64,000 nt of DNA from a bacterium (GTDB taxonomy: Bacteria > Omnitrophota > Gorgyraeia > Zapsychrales > Zapsychraceae), in the NCBI GenBank assembly GCA_030429765.1, contig JAUIER010000008.1, forward strand, positions 83,403-147,402. The letters are read 5' to 3'. The notes under the pieces are model-generated. The model did not search any database and was not told the origin of the DNA. It saw nothing but the letters and a program-made list of their open reading frames with translations. Both the position numbers and the translations under genes were made by a program. Every line of letters starts with the position of its first letter. Position 1 is the stretch's first letter. Below are positions 43,301 through 51,675 of the stretch, piece by piece.

Positions 43301-43462
43301 GCCATGCTTGCCGAGATGATGCTGGCGCTGGCGTGGGGGCTGGTGTTCGGGACGTTGATTACACTCTTATTAATTCCGTGCCTGTACAGTGTGGTGCAGG
43401 GCGTCCGGTTTAGAATCAAAAAACCAGAGGTGACACATGCACATGCCGTATCCAAAAGTTAA
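40313..43462 (+). CDS. RND efflux transporter permease subunit
   Basis: YPGATAEEVE, GIVVDDAIVVAENI, RLRAVILT; 1049 aa. Confidence 0.95.
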   Translation: MLKALITYFVDRHLLTNMIFLAIFIGGIVSWQNIKKEELPDVTFDRIRISAAYPGATAEEVEHFVTKEIEEAVEGLDGVYRVTSTASQGSTSVTVELEQDYPKKDEAITEIRNAVSDVDLPADIRDDPSVRVFETSKKAILDVALIYTGAHLLDTEQRRLLQQYALSLENQLVSLKEVNSVNKSGYFQEEIQIKVDPAKLIQYDIPFSQVKREISNNHARQPAGHIEIKNEPKVTINAQLDTPEKINRLYIQAGFEGQAIPLSDIAEVERGFNKGKEIIKVNGHESIMFNVVKNSSTGILEALEVVTQLTEDFRQSHLGDVPIEVVLLDDESIDVRNRLSIIAQNGAMGFVMILLSLFLFLNKRSGVWVALGIPFTICFTLICGHMMGYTVNNTTLAAIIIVMGIVVDDAIVVAENIGRMRSRGRNDRDAAIEGTTEVFLPILASIVTTCIAFIPLFYFQGRFGAINKYIPPIIFLMLGASLFESLLILPGHMSSKAPKFLSRRKKAGAVTKAHWFERIENMYGRALEKILPFKLIVFAGFIGLLIFSGWVMTQKMKFVMFPNEETRDIVLSGNADKTADRIDTANVTRKIEDILKPYIGQEVVGYRTEIARSRRGGEVQENRFRMIIEVVPKEKRERSADQLIALWKPQIEAVDGLAKVMFQKSRWGQDSGSPIAILIQENNDQLRAQAAARLSEMMSSNPHLTNVEIEAPIRIAEHKIDFKRDKVKRLDINPTEITATFRSALEGSVLYEYPNGDEEVDVRLTVKDDSKRDLNTILDIPVQNQRNYLVPLRDLVDVTDTQTPNSISRRDGRRTTEVYADIKKGLKITPLEIAEELERSVFPQVLKAQPSTTLSFTGEVYDTREAQGGFRTAIIMVVCLIFAILSVLYNSVTRPLIIMLSIPFGMVGVILAFWLHGKILFGFFAAIGALGLAGVVINDSIIMLSKLDNEFDATHRHQINPCIARIAQTRLRAVILTTVTTVVGVLPTAYGLAGYDAMLAEMMLALAWGLVFGTLITLLLIPCLYSVVQGVRFRIKKPEVTHAHAVSKS

Positions 43463-44882
43463 ACCGTTTGTCGGATTATTCAGTCTGATGCTTCTGACGG
43501 CCGCGGGAATGGTCTCAGGCGCTGACGCGCAATCGGCCGGACAATCGCTGAGTTTTGAGGCCTATATCCAGCGGGCCACCACGAGCGACGCGGAGTTTGA
43601 ACAGATCCTGATCGACGAGTTGACGTTGAAATATCAAAAAGACCTGCAGCTGCCGGCACGGGATCTGGTGTTGTCGGTCAAACAACAGCATGAGTTTTTC
43701 TTCAGTCAGGACCGGGAGTCGCCGGACACAACGGTTGGCTTAAGTAAACTGTTTCCGCTGACCGGTACCGAAATCGCCGCCGACTATCAGGTGGGAGCGG
43801 GCGTCTCCTCGGGAACAAAGTCATCCAGCGCGGCGTTTACGCTGGCACAACCGATTGCCGAGAACGCGTTCGGACGTTCCACGCGGCTGCTCGACAAGAT
43901 CGTCGATCTCGAAGTGGACGTGTCCCGTCATCAGATCGTCGAGGCCTATGAAGATTATCTCGCCCAGATCATCACGGCGTATTACACCTGGTATGAAGAT
44001 TACGAGAATCTGCTGATCGGACGGGCATCGTATCAGGAGAACGCCAAACTGCTGGATAATATGAAGGAACGCGAAAAACAAAAGATCGCCCTGCCGATTG
44101 ATGTGAATAAAGTTCGGCTGCAGGTGTTATCTCGTAAGGAACGTCTGATTGAACTCGAAGAGCAGTATCAAAATAGTCTGAATGTCATCAAGCGGGCCAT
44201 CCGCGCATCAACGGATGAGGTCTATATCCCGCAGCTTGGCGATCCGATGGGGGAGCTCAGCGGGGAATTTGAGGGCGACTTTCAGACTTTTACCGAGGTC
44301 AGCCGTACGTTCGGGATCCTGAACATGTTGGAACAGCGCAGTTCACTCAACGTGGCCCGTGAGGCCGACGATTTGCTGCCGTCCATCAAGTTGATCGCCG
44401 GTTACGAAGTCGCCGGCCGGGATTATGATATCGACCGGGAGGATAATTTTTTCTACGCTGGACTGTCGCTGGAATGGCCCTTGTCGGATCAAGTGGTCAG
44501 CGCAGAGTATCAGGTGTCTCAGATCGTTGACAACAAACAGCAATTGACCACCGTCAACACGTATCATCGGTTGTATACCCAGCTGGCCAATCTGTATCTG
44601 CAGATTGAGCGCGAGCAAAAACTGATGGCGATCGCCGATGAACGGATTGAACTGGCCCAGTCAATTTTGGAAGACGAACGCGAAAACTATTCGTTCGGTA
44701 AGGTCACGCTCAATGACTACATCCAGGCCTTCAACACGCTGGACACCAATCGCTTTAACAAAAATTTTCATGACGCGCAGTACAGACGGTTGCTGGTGGA
44801 GTGGCTGAGACTCACCGATCAGCTGGTCACCCGATCGCAACTGGAACCCCGTCTGGAAACCATGGAAGACGCCGTCGAATAG
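43437..44882 (+). CDS. TolC family outer membrane protein
   Basis: Signal peptide, helical repeats, LLPSIKL and GLSLEWPL strands; coupled to the RND gene. Confidence 0.8.
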   Translation: MHMPYPKVKPFVGLFSLMLLTAAGMVSGADAQSAGQSLSFEAYIQRATTSDAEFEQILIDELTLKYQKDLQLPARDLVLSVKQQHEFFFSQDRESPDTTVGLSKLFPLTGTEIAADYQVGAGVSSGTKSSSAAFTLAQPIAENAFGRSTRLLDKIVDLEVDVSRHQIVEAYEDYLAQIITAYYTWYEDYENLLIGRASYQENAKLLDNMKEREKQKIALPIDVNKVRLQVLSRKERLIELEEQYQNSLNVIKRAIRASTDEVYIPQLGDPMGELSGEFEGDFQTFTEVSRTFGILNMLEQRSSLNVAREADDLLPSIKLIAGYEVAGRDYDIDREDNFFYAGLSLEWPLSDQVVSAEYQVSQIVDNKQQLTTVNTYHRLYTQLANLYLQIEREQKLMAIADERIELAQSILEDERENYSFGKVTLNDYIQAFNTLDTNRFNKNFHDAQYRRLLVEWLRLTDQLVTRSQLEPRLETMEDAVE

Positions 44883-44933
44883 TCAAGACCGCGTCGTCAT
44901 TTAAGAACCGTTAAAACAAGAGAAGGAGGTCAC

Positions 44934-45506
44934 ATGAAGAAAGCATTATTAGCAAGTTTGATCATCGCCGGTATGGTGATGGCCAACACCACGACCGTAC
45001 AGGCCTGGTCGGGAAAAAAGGGCGGATGCATGAAGTGCGCGTCCAAGGCCGAGAAGTGTAAGATCAGCAAGCTCAAGAAGAAGGTCAAACCGTTGTGGAA
45101 AAACCAGGCCGAGCTTGGTATTACGGATGATCAATTGAAACAGATCAAGGAGATCAAACACGCGGCCATCAAAGAAATGATCCAGCTCAAGGCCGACAAG
45201 GACATCATTATGGTGGACTTGAAGTCAGCCATGAAATCCCCAAGCATCAATGTCGGGCAGGTCAATTCGATGATCGATGCCAAATACGCGACCAAGGTCA
45301 AGACGGCCAAGACATTCGTCAAGGCCCTCGCGGATATTCAGCAGGTGCTGACCGAAGAGCAACGCGTGAAATGGCTTGAGATGTGTAAGAAGTGCTGCTC
45401 GAGCGGAGACTGCGGCGGGAAGTGCGGTAAAGGCGGCGGTAATTACTGCCCGATCACCGGCAAACCGATGCACGGCAAAGGTTCAGCCAAAGGGTCGATG
45501 AAGTAA
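44934..45506 (+). CDS. Spy/CpxP-like periplasmic protein with Cys-rich ends
   Basis: Signal peptide; LGITDDQ and VLTEEQR motifs; CMKC and CKKCC..C...C..CP clusters. Confidence 0.75.
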   Translation: MKKALLASLIIAGMVMANTTTVQAWSGKKGGCMKCASKAEKCKISKLKKKVKPLWKNQAELGITDDQLKQIKEIKHAAIKEMIQLKADKDIIMVDLKSAMKSPSINVGQVNSMIDAKYATKVKTAKTFVKALADIQQVLTEEQRVKWLEMCKKCCSSGDCGGKCGKGGGNYCPITGKPMHGKGSAKGSMK

Positions 45507-45554
45507 TCATTTCCATTCAAGATGCCTGCCCGCGCGCCGGGCGGGCATCGCCCT

Positions 45555-45600
45555 AACCCGCGTCGCCAGCCCCGGGGGCTTTGGGACCAGGTCTTAAAAA
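45555..45600 (+). repeat. Dispersed intergenic repeat, copy 7
   Basis: aacccgcgtcgccagccccgggggctttgggaccaggtcttaaaaa. Confidence 0.9.
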
Positions 45601-45644
45601 GTAAAACTACCGACCGCCCGTCCTTCCTGATACAATGGTAGTTT

Positions 45645-46505
45645 ATGAAACGCCATCCTCTACAAATTTTGTTATGCGGCATCCTGTGTCTATGTTTGAC
45701 GTCCCAGGTGTGGGCGACGGACGCGTCACGGCTGGATCCCGGCGATGTGGTCTTTAAGATCGGCGTGTCGGGGATTCTCTTTGCCAAACGGGTGATTGTG
45801 GTACGGGTAGACCTGGCGCGTAATGAGGTCAAGGTGCGCGACGCCGAGACGGGAGACACGTACTGGACCAACGCGAAAAATCTCTATACCAAGACCGAGC
45901 GTAACCGGGATATCATGTGGCGGACGGTCAAAGGCGTCGATCAGGGATTCAAGAATATCGAGGCCGGCAAGCAGCGGCAGAATGCCACATACTCTGCTCC
46001 AAAAAAATATACCCCGCCCCGGACCAAGACCTACGCGGCCAACGCACGAGTCACGCCCGCCACTCGAGCGCCAAAGAAAACAACCGCCCCTACGTATCTC
46101 GGGCCCAAAAAAACAACCACACCGCCGCCGCAACGCACGTATACCTTCAAGACCGATCCCAAGCAGCGTCGCTTGATGATTCACAATCACTGTCATCGGC
46201 CCGTCGAGATGCTGTTTCATTTTAAGAACCGGGATAGCAAACTGCAGCTAGTCCTGCACAAACTCAAGGCCTACCAAAAGAAGTTTCTTGTCACGGAAAG
46301 CGGACAAACCGCCTATCCGCAGAATGGGTTGATATGGTATACCGCGGACACGCAGGATGGAACATATTCCTGGATGAATATCCCCGGCAAGGAATCTTAT
46401 TCACGTATTATGAACGGCAAAGCCCGGACCATGATCGACTACATCCCGTCCGCCAATGTGGACGGGGATTATCAGCTTATTCTCGAATGCCGTAATCTGA
46501 AGTAG
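45645..46505 (+). CDS. Hypothetical secreted two-domain protein with Pro/Thr/Lys linker
   Basis: Signal peptide; repeated PKK-T-P linker. Confidence 0.65.
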   Translation: MKRHPLQILLCGILCLCLTSQVWATDASRLDPGDVVFKIGVSGILFAKRVIVVRVDLARNEVKVRDAETGDTYWTNAKNLYTKTERNRDIMWRTVKGVDQGFKNIEAGKQRQNATYSAPKKYTPPRTKTYAANARVTPATRAPKKTTAPTYLGPKKTTTPPPQRTYTFKTDPKQRRLMIHNHCHRPVEMLFHFKNRDSKLQLVLHKLKAYQKKFLVTESGQTAYPQNGLIWYTADTQDGTYSWMNIPGKESYSRIMNGKARTMIDYIPSANVDGDYQLILECRNLK

Positions 46506-46506
46506 A

Positions 46507-46552
46507 CACCCGCTGCGCAACCCCCGGGGGCTTTGGAACCAGGTCTTAAAAA
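46507..46552 (+). repeat. Dispersed intergenic repeat, copy 8
   Basis: cacccgctgcgcaacccccgggggctttggaaccaggtcttaaaaa. Confidence 0.9.
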
Positions 46553-46580
46553 TAGCTGGGCGATGTCCCCAAGTTTTAGT

Positions 46581-47999
46581 ATGTCGAAAGTCATTCAGTC
46601 ACAAAAAGGTGGCATAAAAGAGATGATCACCATCGCGTTACCGATGGTGATTTCGTATGCCTGTGAAACGGTCATGATCTTCACCGACCGGATGTTTCTA
46701 TCGCGTCTGGGGCCTGAACTCATGAACGCGTCGATGGCCGGAGGCGTGACGGCGTACATGATGATGACATTTATCCTCGGGTTGACCGGCTACACCACGG
46801 CCTTGGCCGCGCAATATCTGGGATCGCAACAGCACCACAATTCATCCCGGGTGGCCGCCCAGGCGATGATCATTGTCCTCGTCGGATATCCGCTGATTCT
46901 ATTGGCAAGACCATTTGCTTACTGGCTGTTCGCTAAAGCCGGCCTGGATTCCGAACAGCTCGCCCCGCAACTGATTTATTTCAATACCATCATTGTGTTT
47001 TGCTTTTTCTCGCTGTTCCGGCATACACTCAGCAGTTACTTCACGGCCATCGGACGGACGCGTATTGTGATGATCGCCTCGGTTGTGTCGATGATTGTCA
47101 ATGTGATGGCCAACTATATCTTGATCTTCGGGAAATTTGGAGCGCCGGCACTGGGAATCAAAGGGGCGGCGTACGGCACGATCCTGGGGGCGGCCTCAGG
47201 GCTCGTCCTGTTGCTCCGGGTTTATTTTGATCAAACAAACCGCGAACAATTTGCCGTCCTGAGCTCGTTTCGATTTGACTGGACCATCATGAAGAAGCTA
47301 TTGCGTTTCGGCTCGCCGCAGGGGATGGAGATGTTCCTGAATCTGCTGGCCTTTGATCTGATGATCCTGATCTTTCATTCGGCCGGACCTGTTCAGGCCA
47401 CCGCTGCCACCGTGGTGCTGAATTGGGATATGGTTACCTACGTTCCGCTGATGGGGCTTGAGATTGGCGTCACTAGTCTGGTGGGGCGGTACATGGGCGC
47501 CCGTGATATCCCGTCGGCGTTACGCTCGACGCGCTCAGCGCTCGGGATGGCTTATTGTTATTCGTCGATTATTCTGATTACATTTGCCTGTTTCACCCCG
47601 CAGCTGGTGGATATGTTTCACAGCACCAACGGCGGCACATTGTTTGAGGACGCGCGCCCGGCCGCCATATTCATGTTGCGTCTGGCCATTTTGTATATCT
47701 GGGTGGTGTCGATCTTTGTGGTGCTGATTGGATCACTGCGTGGCGCGGGCGACACTTTGTGGTGTATGTATTTTTCCGTCGTTCTGCACTGGATATCGCT
47801 TCCGATACTTTACGTGATGCTCAATATTTGCGACACAACCGTTCAGGCCGCCTGGGCCGCTATGATCGGGGTATTTCTGGTCGGATCGATATTTTTGATT
47901 GTGCGTTATCGACGAGGCAAGTGGCAGCTGATACAAGTGGTGGACGATTCAGTCAGTCAACTGCCCAGCGGCATCGATGAATTTCATGAGCGCGCCTGA
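46581..47999 (+). CDS. MATE family efflux transporter
   Basis: IALPM, TDRMFLSRLG, NYILIFGKFG.PALGIKGAA, LRGAGDT; ATG at 46581 preferred. Confidence 0.92.
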   Translation: MSKVIQSQKGGIKEMITIALPMVISYACETVMIFTDRMFLSRLGPELMNASMAGGVTAYMMMTFILGLTGYTTALAAQYLGSQQHHNSSRVAAQAMIIVLVGYPLILLARPFAYWLFAKAGLDSEQLAPQLIYFNTIIVFCFFSLFRHTLSSYFTAIGRTRIVMIASVVSMIVNVMANYILIFGKFGAPALGIKGAAYGTILGAASGLVLLLRVYFDQTNREQFAVLSSFRFDWTIMKKLLRFGSPQGMEMFLNLLAFDLMILIFHSAGPVQATAATVVLNWDMVTYVPLMGLEIGVTSLVGRYMGARDIPSALRSTRSALGMAYCYSSIILITFACFTPQLVDMFHSTNGGTLFEDARPAAIFMLRLAILYIWVVSIFVVLIGSLRGAGDTLWCMYFSVVLHWISLPILYVMLNICDTTVQAAWAAMIGVFLVGSIFLIVRYRRGKWQLIQVVDDSVSQLPSGIDEFHERA

Positions 48000-48115
48000 G
48001 CGCATACAAGCGACGGTTGTCTGGAACACAAGATTCGATTAGAATACTGATAACTGACAACTGGCTTTGCTGCAGACCGATTCGTGATCTGAGCTGATTT
48101 CATTAAAAAGGAGAG

Positions 48116-48538
48116 ATGATGGGATTATTCGACGCATTTAAAACGCATCAAGTTGTTTTGGCGTTCATACTGGGAACGCAGGATGGCATCGGCGCGGACA
48201 CCGTGATCGATACCTCCGGTGATGAGCGCTGGAAACAGAAACTCCGGACCGAGACCCGCTGTCCGCAGGCCGAGGTGGTGCTCTTCAGGGAAGATCAATG
48301 GCGCATGCCGGCGGCCCGCACGCATGCCGATATCTATAATCAGCAAATTCTCACCGAGATCGTCGGCGGGATGGCGATCAAACTGGATGAATTAGGCGTG
48401 TCCGAGCCGGTGGTTCAGTCGGTGATCCGTGGCGACATTGAGAATCTGAGGCTGCCGTCTTCCGGCCGGGTGATCTTGTTTCAATTGATCAAGGCCCCGG
48501 GTAGTCAGCTCGGACAGTTGTTGAAGCATAAGCTCTGA
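48116..48538 (+). CDS. Hypothetical protein
   Basis: RBS AGGAG; 140-aa ORF. Confidence 0.6.
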   Translation: MMGLFDAFKTHQVVLAFILGTQDGIGADTVIDTSGDERWKQKLRTETRCPQAEVVLFREDQWRMPAARTHADIYNQQILTEIVGGMAIKLDELGVSEPVVQSVIRGDIENLRLPSSGRVILFQLIKAPGSQLGQLLKHKL

Positions 48539-48622
48539 GCGGGGCACCGCAAGTTGTTGAATTGGCATCAAGTGGTGAAGACATTATCAATCATCGAAAT
48601 CATATGAACAAAGGATAAAACA

Positions 48623-49708
48623 ATGGCCAAACGAATTGCAATATTAACCGGCGGTGGAGATTGTGCCGGACTTAACGCGGTGATCCGGGCGGTCACTAAA
48701 AAGGCCATCCTCGAATTCGGCTACGAAGTCTACGGATTCGAGGATGGATATGAAGGACTGATCAAAAATTCTTACCGTCGACTGGAGTTCAATGATGTCT
48801 CCGGGATCCTCACCCTGGGCGGCACTATTCTGGGAACGTCCAACAAGGCCAATCCGTTTAAATATGCCTTTAAAAAAGGGGATCAGGTCATTCATGAAGA
48901 CCGTTCACAGGATGTCCTGCACAATTATGAAGACTTAGATATTGATTGTCTGGTGTGCATCGGCGGGGATGGAACCCTGACGATCGCCAAAAAATTGGCC
49001 GATCTCGGGATGAATGTCGTCGGTGTTCCCAAGACAATTGATAATGATATTCGCGGGACAGATGTGACCTTCGGATTTGATTCGGCCGTTGAAATTGTCA
49101 CCGAAGGGATTGATCGCATACACAGTACGGCGCAATCGCATCACCGGGTGATGATCGTCGAGGTTATGGGGCGGACAGCCGGATGGATTGCGTTGCACGC
49201 CGGTGTGGCCGGCGGCGGCGACATACTGTTGATTCCGGAGATTCCCTATGATCTAAATCGGGTGGTTGAACGCGTGTTGCTGCGCAGTAAAAAGGGCAAA
49301 CGGTTTAGTATTATCGTCGTGGCCGAAGGCGCCAAGCCCAAGGACGGAGACGTCACCATCCAGCGGATTGTCAAGGACAGCGCGGAGCCGGTCCGGTTGG
49401 GCGGGATCAGTTTTGTCCTGGGCCAGCAGATTGAAGAGGCCACGCATCTGGAAACCCGCTCGGTGGTGATGGGTCACCTGCAGCGTGGAGGCGATCCGAC
49501 AGCGATTGACCGGGTGCTCGCCACACGATTGGGCACGCGGGTGGTCGATATGATTGAAAACAAGGAGTTCGGGCAGATGGTGGGCGTCCGCTGTCAGGGG
49601 CTCGTCAATGTCCCGTTAGACGAGGTCGCCAAAGGGGCCCGGCTGGTTTCCATCGACGATCCCTTAATCAAATCAGCCCGTTCAATCGGCGTGAGTTTTG
49701 GGGATTAA
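48623..49708 (+). CDS. pfkA: 6-phosphofructokinase
   Basis: TGGGDCAGLN, GGTILGT, GGDGT, PKTIDND, EVMGR, GHLQRGG. Confidence 0.95.
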   Translation: MAKRIAILTGGGDCAGLNAVIRAVTKKAILEFGYEVYGFEDGYEGLIKNSYRRLEFNDVSGILTLGGTILGTSNKANPFKYAFKKGDQVIHEDRSQDVLHNYEDLDIDCLVCIGGDGTLTIAKKLADLGMNVVGVPKTIDNDIRGTDVTFGFDSAVEIVTEGIDRIHSTAQSHHRVMIVEVMGRTAGWIALHAGVAGGGDILLIPEIPYDLNRVVERVLLRSKKGKRFSIIVVAEGAKPKDGDVTIQRIVKDSAEPVRLGGISFVLGQQIEEATHLETRSVVMGHLQRGGDPTAIDRVLATRLGTRVVDMIENKEFGQMVGVRCQGLVNVPLDEVAKGARLVSIDDPLIKSARSIGVSFGD

Positions 49709-49748
49709 TCATCCGGCCGAATTTAGTGAGCCGGCGAAAGGAGTTGTT

Positions 49749-49937
49749 ATGAGCACATTTCTCGATGAGTTAAAAAGCAATTTAAATAAACGGATTCATT
49801 TTTCGCTGGACGATAATGATCCGCTCATGGACTTTAAATTGGTCGAGGTCGGCGACGATTATGTCAAGGTAGAGCACGGCCCCGTGCACCGCATCATCCC
49901 GATCAGCAAGATTACCTATATTCAGGAGCAGGAATAG
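49749..49937 (+). CDS. Small hypothetical protein (Sm/SH3-like beta pattern)
   Basis: RBS AAGGAG before ATG 49749; EVGDDYV..IIPISKI. Confidence 0.6.
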   Translation: MSTFLDELKSNLNKRIHFSLDDNDPLMDFKLVEVGDDYVKVEHGPVHRIIPISKITYIQEQE

Positions 49938-50062
49938 CCCGGACGCGGATGTTTCAAACGTCCGGGAAGTGGGTGATCGGGGTTGATTCCAGAACAGCGC
50001 ATTGATTGTGGAGAAATAAATGCAACCAAAAAGTCACGCGCGTGACGAATTGGAGGGCAAGT

Positions 50063-50299
50063 ATGGAACAAGTCAATTGGGTATCGATCGGGTTCGGGAT
50101 AACTTTTTGGCTGTATGGATTGTTTACGCTTTTGATGCGCCAACGAAAGCCGTCAATATTTCGTAAGCTCGAACCCATGAAGAAACTGTGGGGTGAACAA
50201 TGGGGCGTCCGAATCCATTTTTTCGGTTACACCGTGATGCCGATTATTTTTGGTTCGGTCTTTGTTTGGGCAGGATTGAATGGGCAAAGTATTTTCTAA
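50063..50299 (+). CDS. Small two-TM membrane protein
   Basis: RBS GGAGG before ATG 50063; two hydrophobic segments. Confidence 0.55.
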   Translation: MEQVNWVSIGFGITFWLYGLFTLLMRQRKPSIFRKLEPMKKLWGEQWGVRIHFFGYTVMPIIFGSVFVWAGLNGQSIF

Positions 50300-50411
50300 T
50301 CAGCAGTATTTCCCCGTACTATTGCTGATTGTCAATATGTGAATGAATTGTTATGATGATCGGATACCTTAATTCGACTGACAGATTCCGCTCAATCATA
50401 AGGAGGTCTGT

Positions 50412-51467
50412 ATGAGCAATCAAATTACCGCCAAATATTTTTCCCAGGAAGATCTACTCAAGTCCGGTTGTCTGGATATGAATATGGCCGTTGCGGCCGC
50501 CGAGGACGCGCTGCTGGAATTCAAGAAGGGCGACGTGCTCTTTCCGCACAAGATCGTGCAGATCTTTAACCAGGACACGCAGGAGCGGATCAATTGTCTG
50601 CCGGCGACATTTTACCGCGACAAGATTTGCGGCATGAAATGGGTGTCCGTGTTTCCGCCCAATCCGGCGAAGTTCGGGGTGCAGAATCTGTCGGCGATGA
50701 TCATTCTGTCTGAAATCGAAAAGGGTTTTCCGATCGCGTTTATGGAAGGCACATTGTGTTCGAATATGCGCGTGGGCGCGATGGGGGCGATGGCGGCCAA
50801 ACATCTTTCTAAGGCCGACGCGGCGTCGATCGGGTTTATCGGTGCCGGCGAGCAGGCCAAGATGCATTTGATCGCGATGAAGACCGTGCGTCCGACCATT
50901 AAGGAATGCCGGGTCGCCGCCAAACTTCCCGAAGAAGAGGCGGCGTTTATTGATGAGATGAGCGCGATTTTTAAGGACATCACATTTAAAGCGGCCGATA
51001 CAAACCTGCAGGCCTCCGTTGACGGGGCAGATATCATCGTTACGGCCACCAGCGTTCAGGCGCCATTGCTCAAAGCCGATTGGGTCAAGCCCGGCGCGTT
51101 TTACAGTCATATCGGCGGGTGGGAGGACGAATACAAAGTCGCTGCTCAGTCGGACAAGATCGTCTGTGACGACTGGGACACGGTCAAGCACCGTACGCAA
51201 ACGCTCAGCCGGATGTACAAGGACGGTGAACTCAAGGACGAGGATATCTACGCCGATTTGATCGATATTGTCGATGGCAGCAAGAAGGGCCGCGAAAACG
51301 ATGACGAGCGGATTTACTTCAATGCCGTTGGATTGGCCTATGTCGATGTCGCGCTGGCAATTGCCATGTACCGGCGCGCCCACGAGGCCAATGCCGGCCA
51401 GGACCTGACCATCCAGGATTGCATGATCTTCCAGCACGAGCAGATCAAAGACTGGATCAGGATTTGA
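50412..51467 (+). CDS. Ornithine cyclodeaminase / mu-crystallin family protein
   Basis: GMKWVSVFPPN, GFIGAGEQA, ADIIVTAT, GREND.ERIYFN.VG. Confidence 0.9.
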   Translation: MSNQITAKYFSQEDLLKSGCLDMNMAVAAAEDALLEFKKGDVLFPHKIVQIFNQDTQERINCLPATFYRDKICGMKWVSVFPPNPAKFGVQNLSAMIILSEIEKGFPIAFMEGTLCSNMRVGAMGAMAAKHLSKADAASIGFIGAGEQAKMHLIAMKTVRPTIKECRVAAKLPEEEAAFIDEMSAIFKDITFKAADTNLQASVDGADIIVTATSVQAPLLKADWVKPGAFYSHIGGWEDEYKVAAQSDKIVCDDWDTVKHRTQTLSRMYKDGELKDEDIYADLIDIVDGSKKGRENDDERIYFNAVGLAYVDVALAIAMYRRAHEANAGQDLTIQDCMIFQHEQIKDWIRI

Positions 51468-51472
51468 AGGGT

Positions 51473-51513
51473 AGACCCGCTTCGCCACCCCCGGGGGATT
51501 TGGAACCAGGTCT
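51473..51513 (+). repeat. Dispersed intergenic repeat, copy 9
   Basis: agacccgcttcgccacccccgggggatttggaaccaggtct. Confidence 0.9.
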
Positions 51514-51527
51514 GAGTCGCTAATGAT

Positions 51528-51644
51528 TTGACATATACGCAGAGCCATGTATAATTAAAGAAGAAAAAAGCGCGGAAGCTTTTTTCGCGGGTTAAGGTGC
51601 CCAGCAAAATATATACGCATATATTTTGTTGGGCATTTTTTTTT
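51528..51644 (+). promoter_or_regulatory. Sigma70 promoter plus attenuator leader (two hexaloop hairpins and an overlapping terminator)
   Basis: TTGACA-16nt-TATAAT; hairpins at 51563-51586 and 51589-51602; 17-bp terminator stem 51598-51635 followed by T9. Confidence 0.75.
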
Positions 51645-51675
51645 GCTTAGGGATTTTTGACGGCTGCATTCGGGG

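Noticed and set aside
46533-46580. N-terminal extension of the MATE transporter
   Set aside because: It starts inside repeat copy 8; a downstream ATG is more plausible.
50454-51548. 364-aa minus-strand ORF, and similar long antisense ORFs over tex, MscS, RND and the protease
   Set aside because: They are shadows of well-supported genes on the opposite strand, expected from codon bias, and show no motifs.
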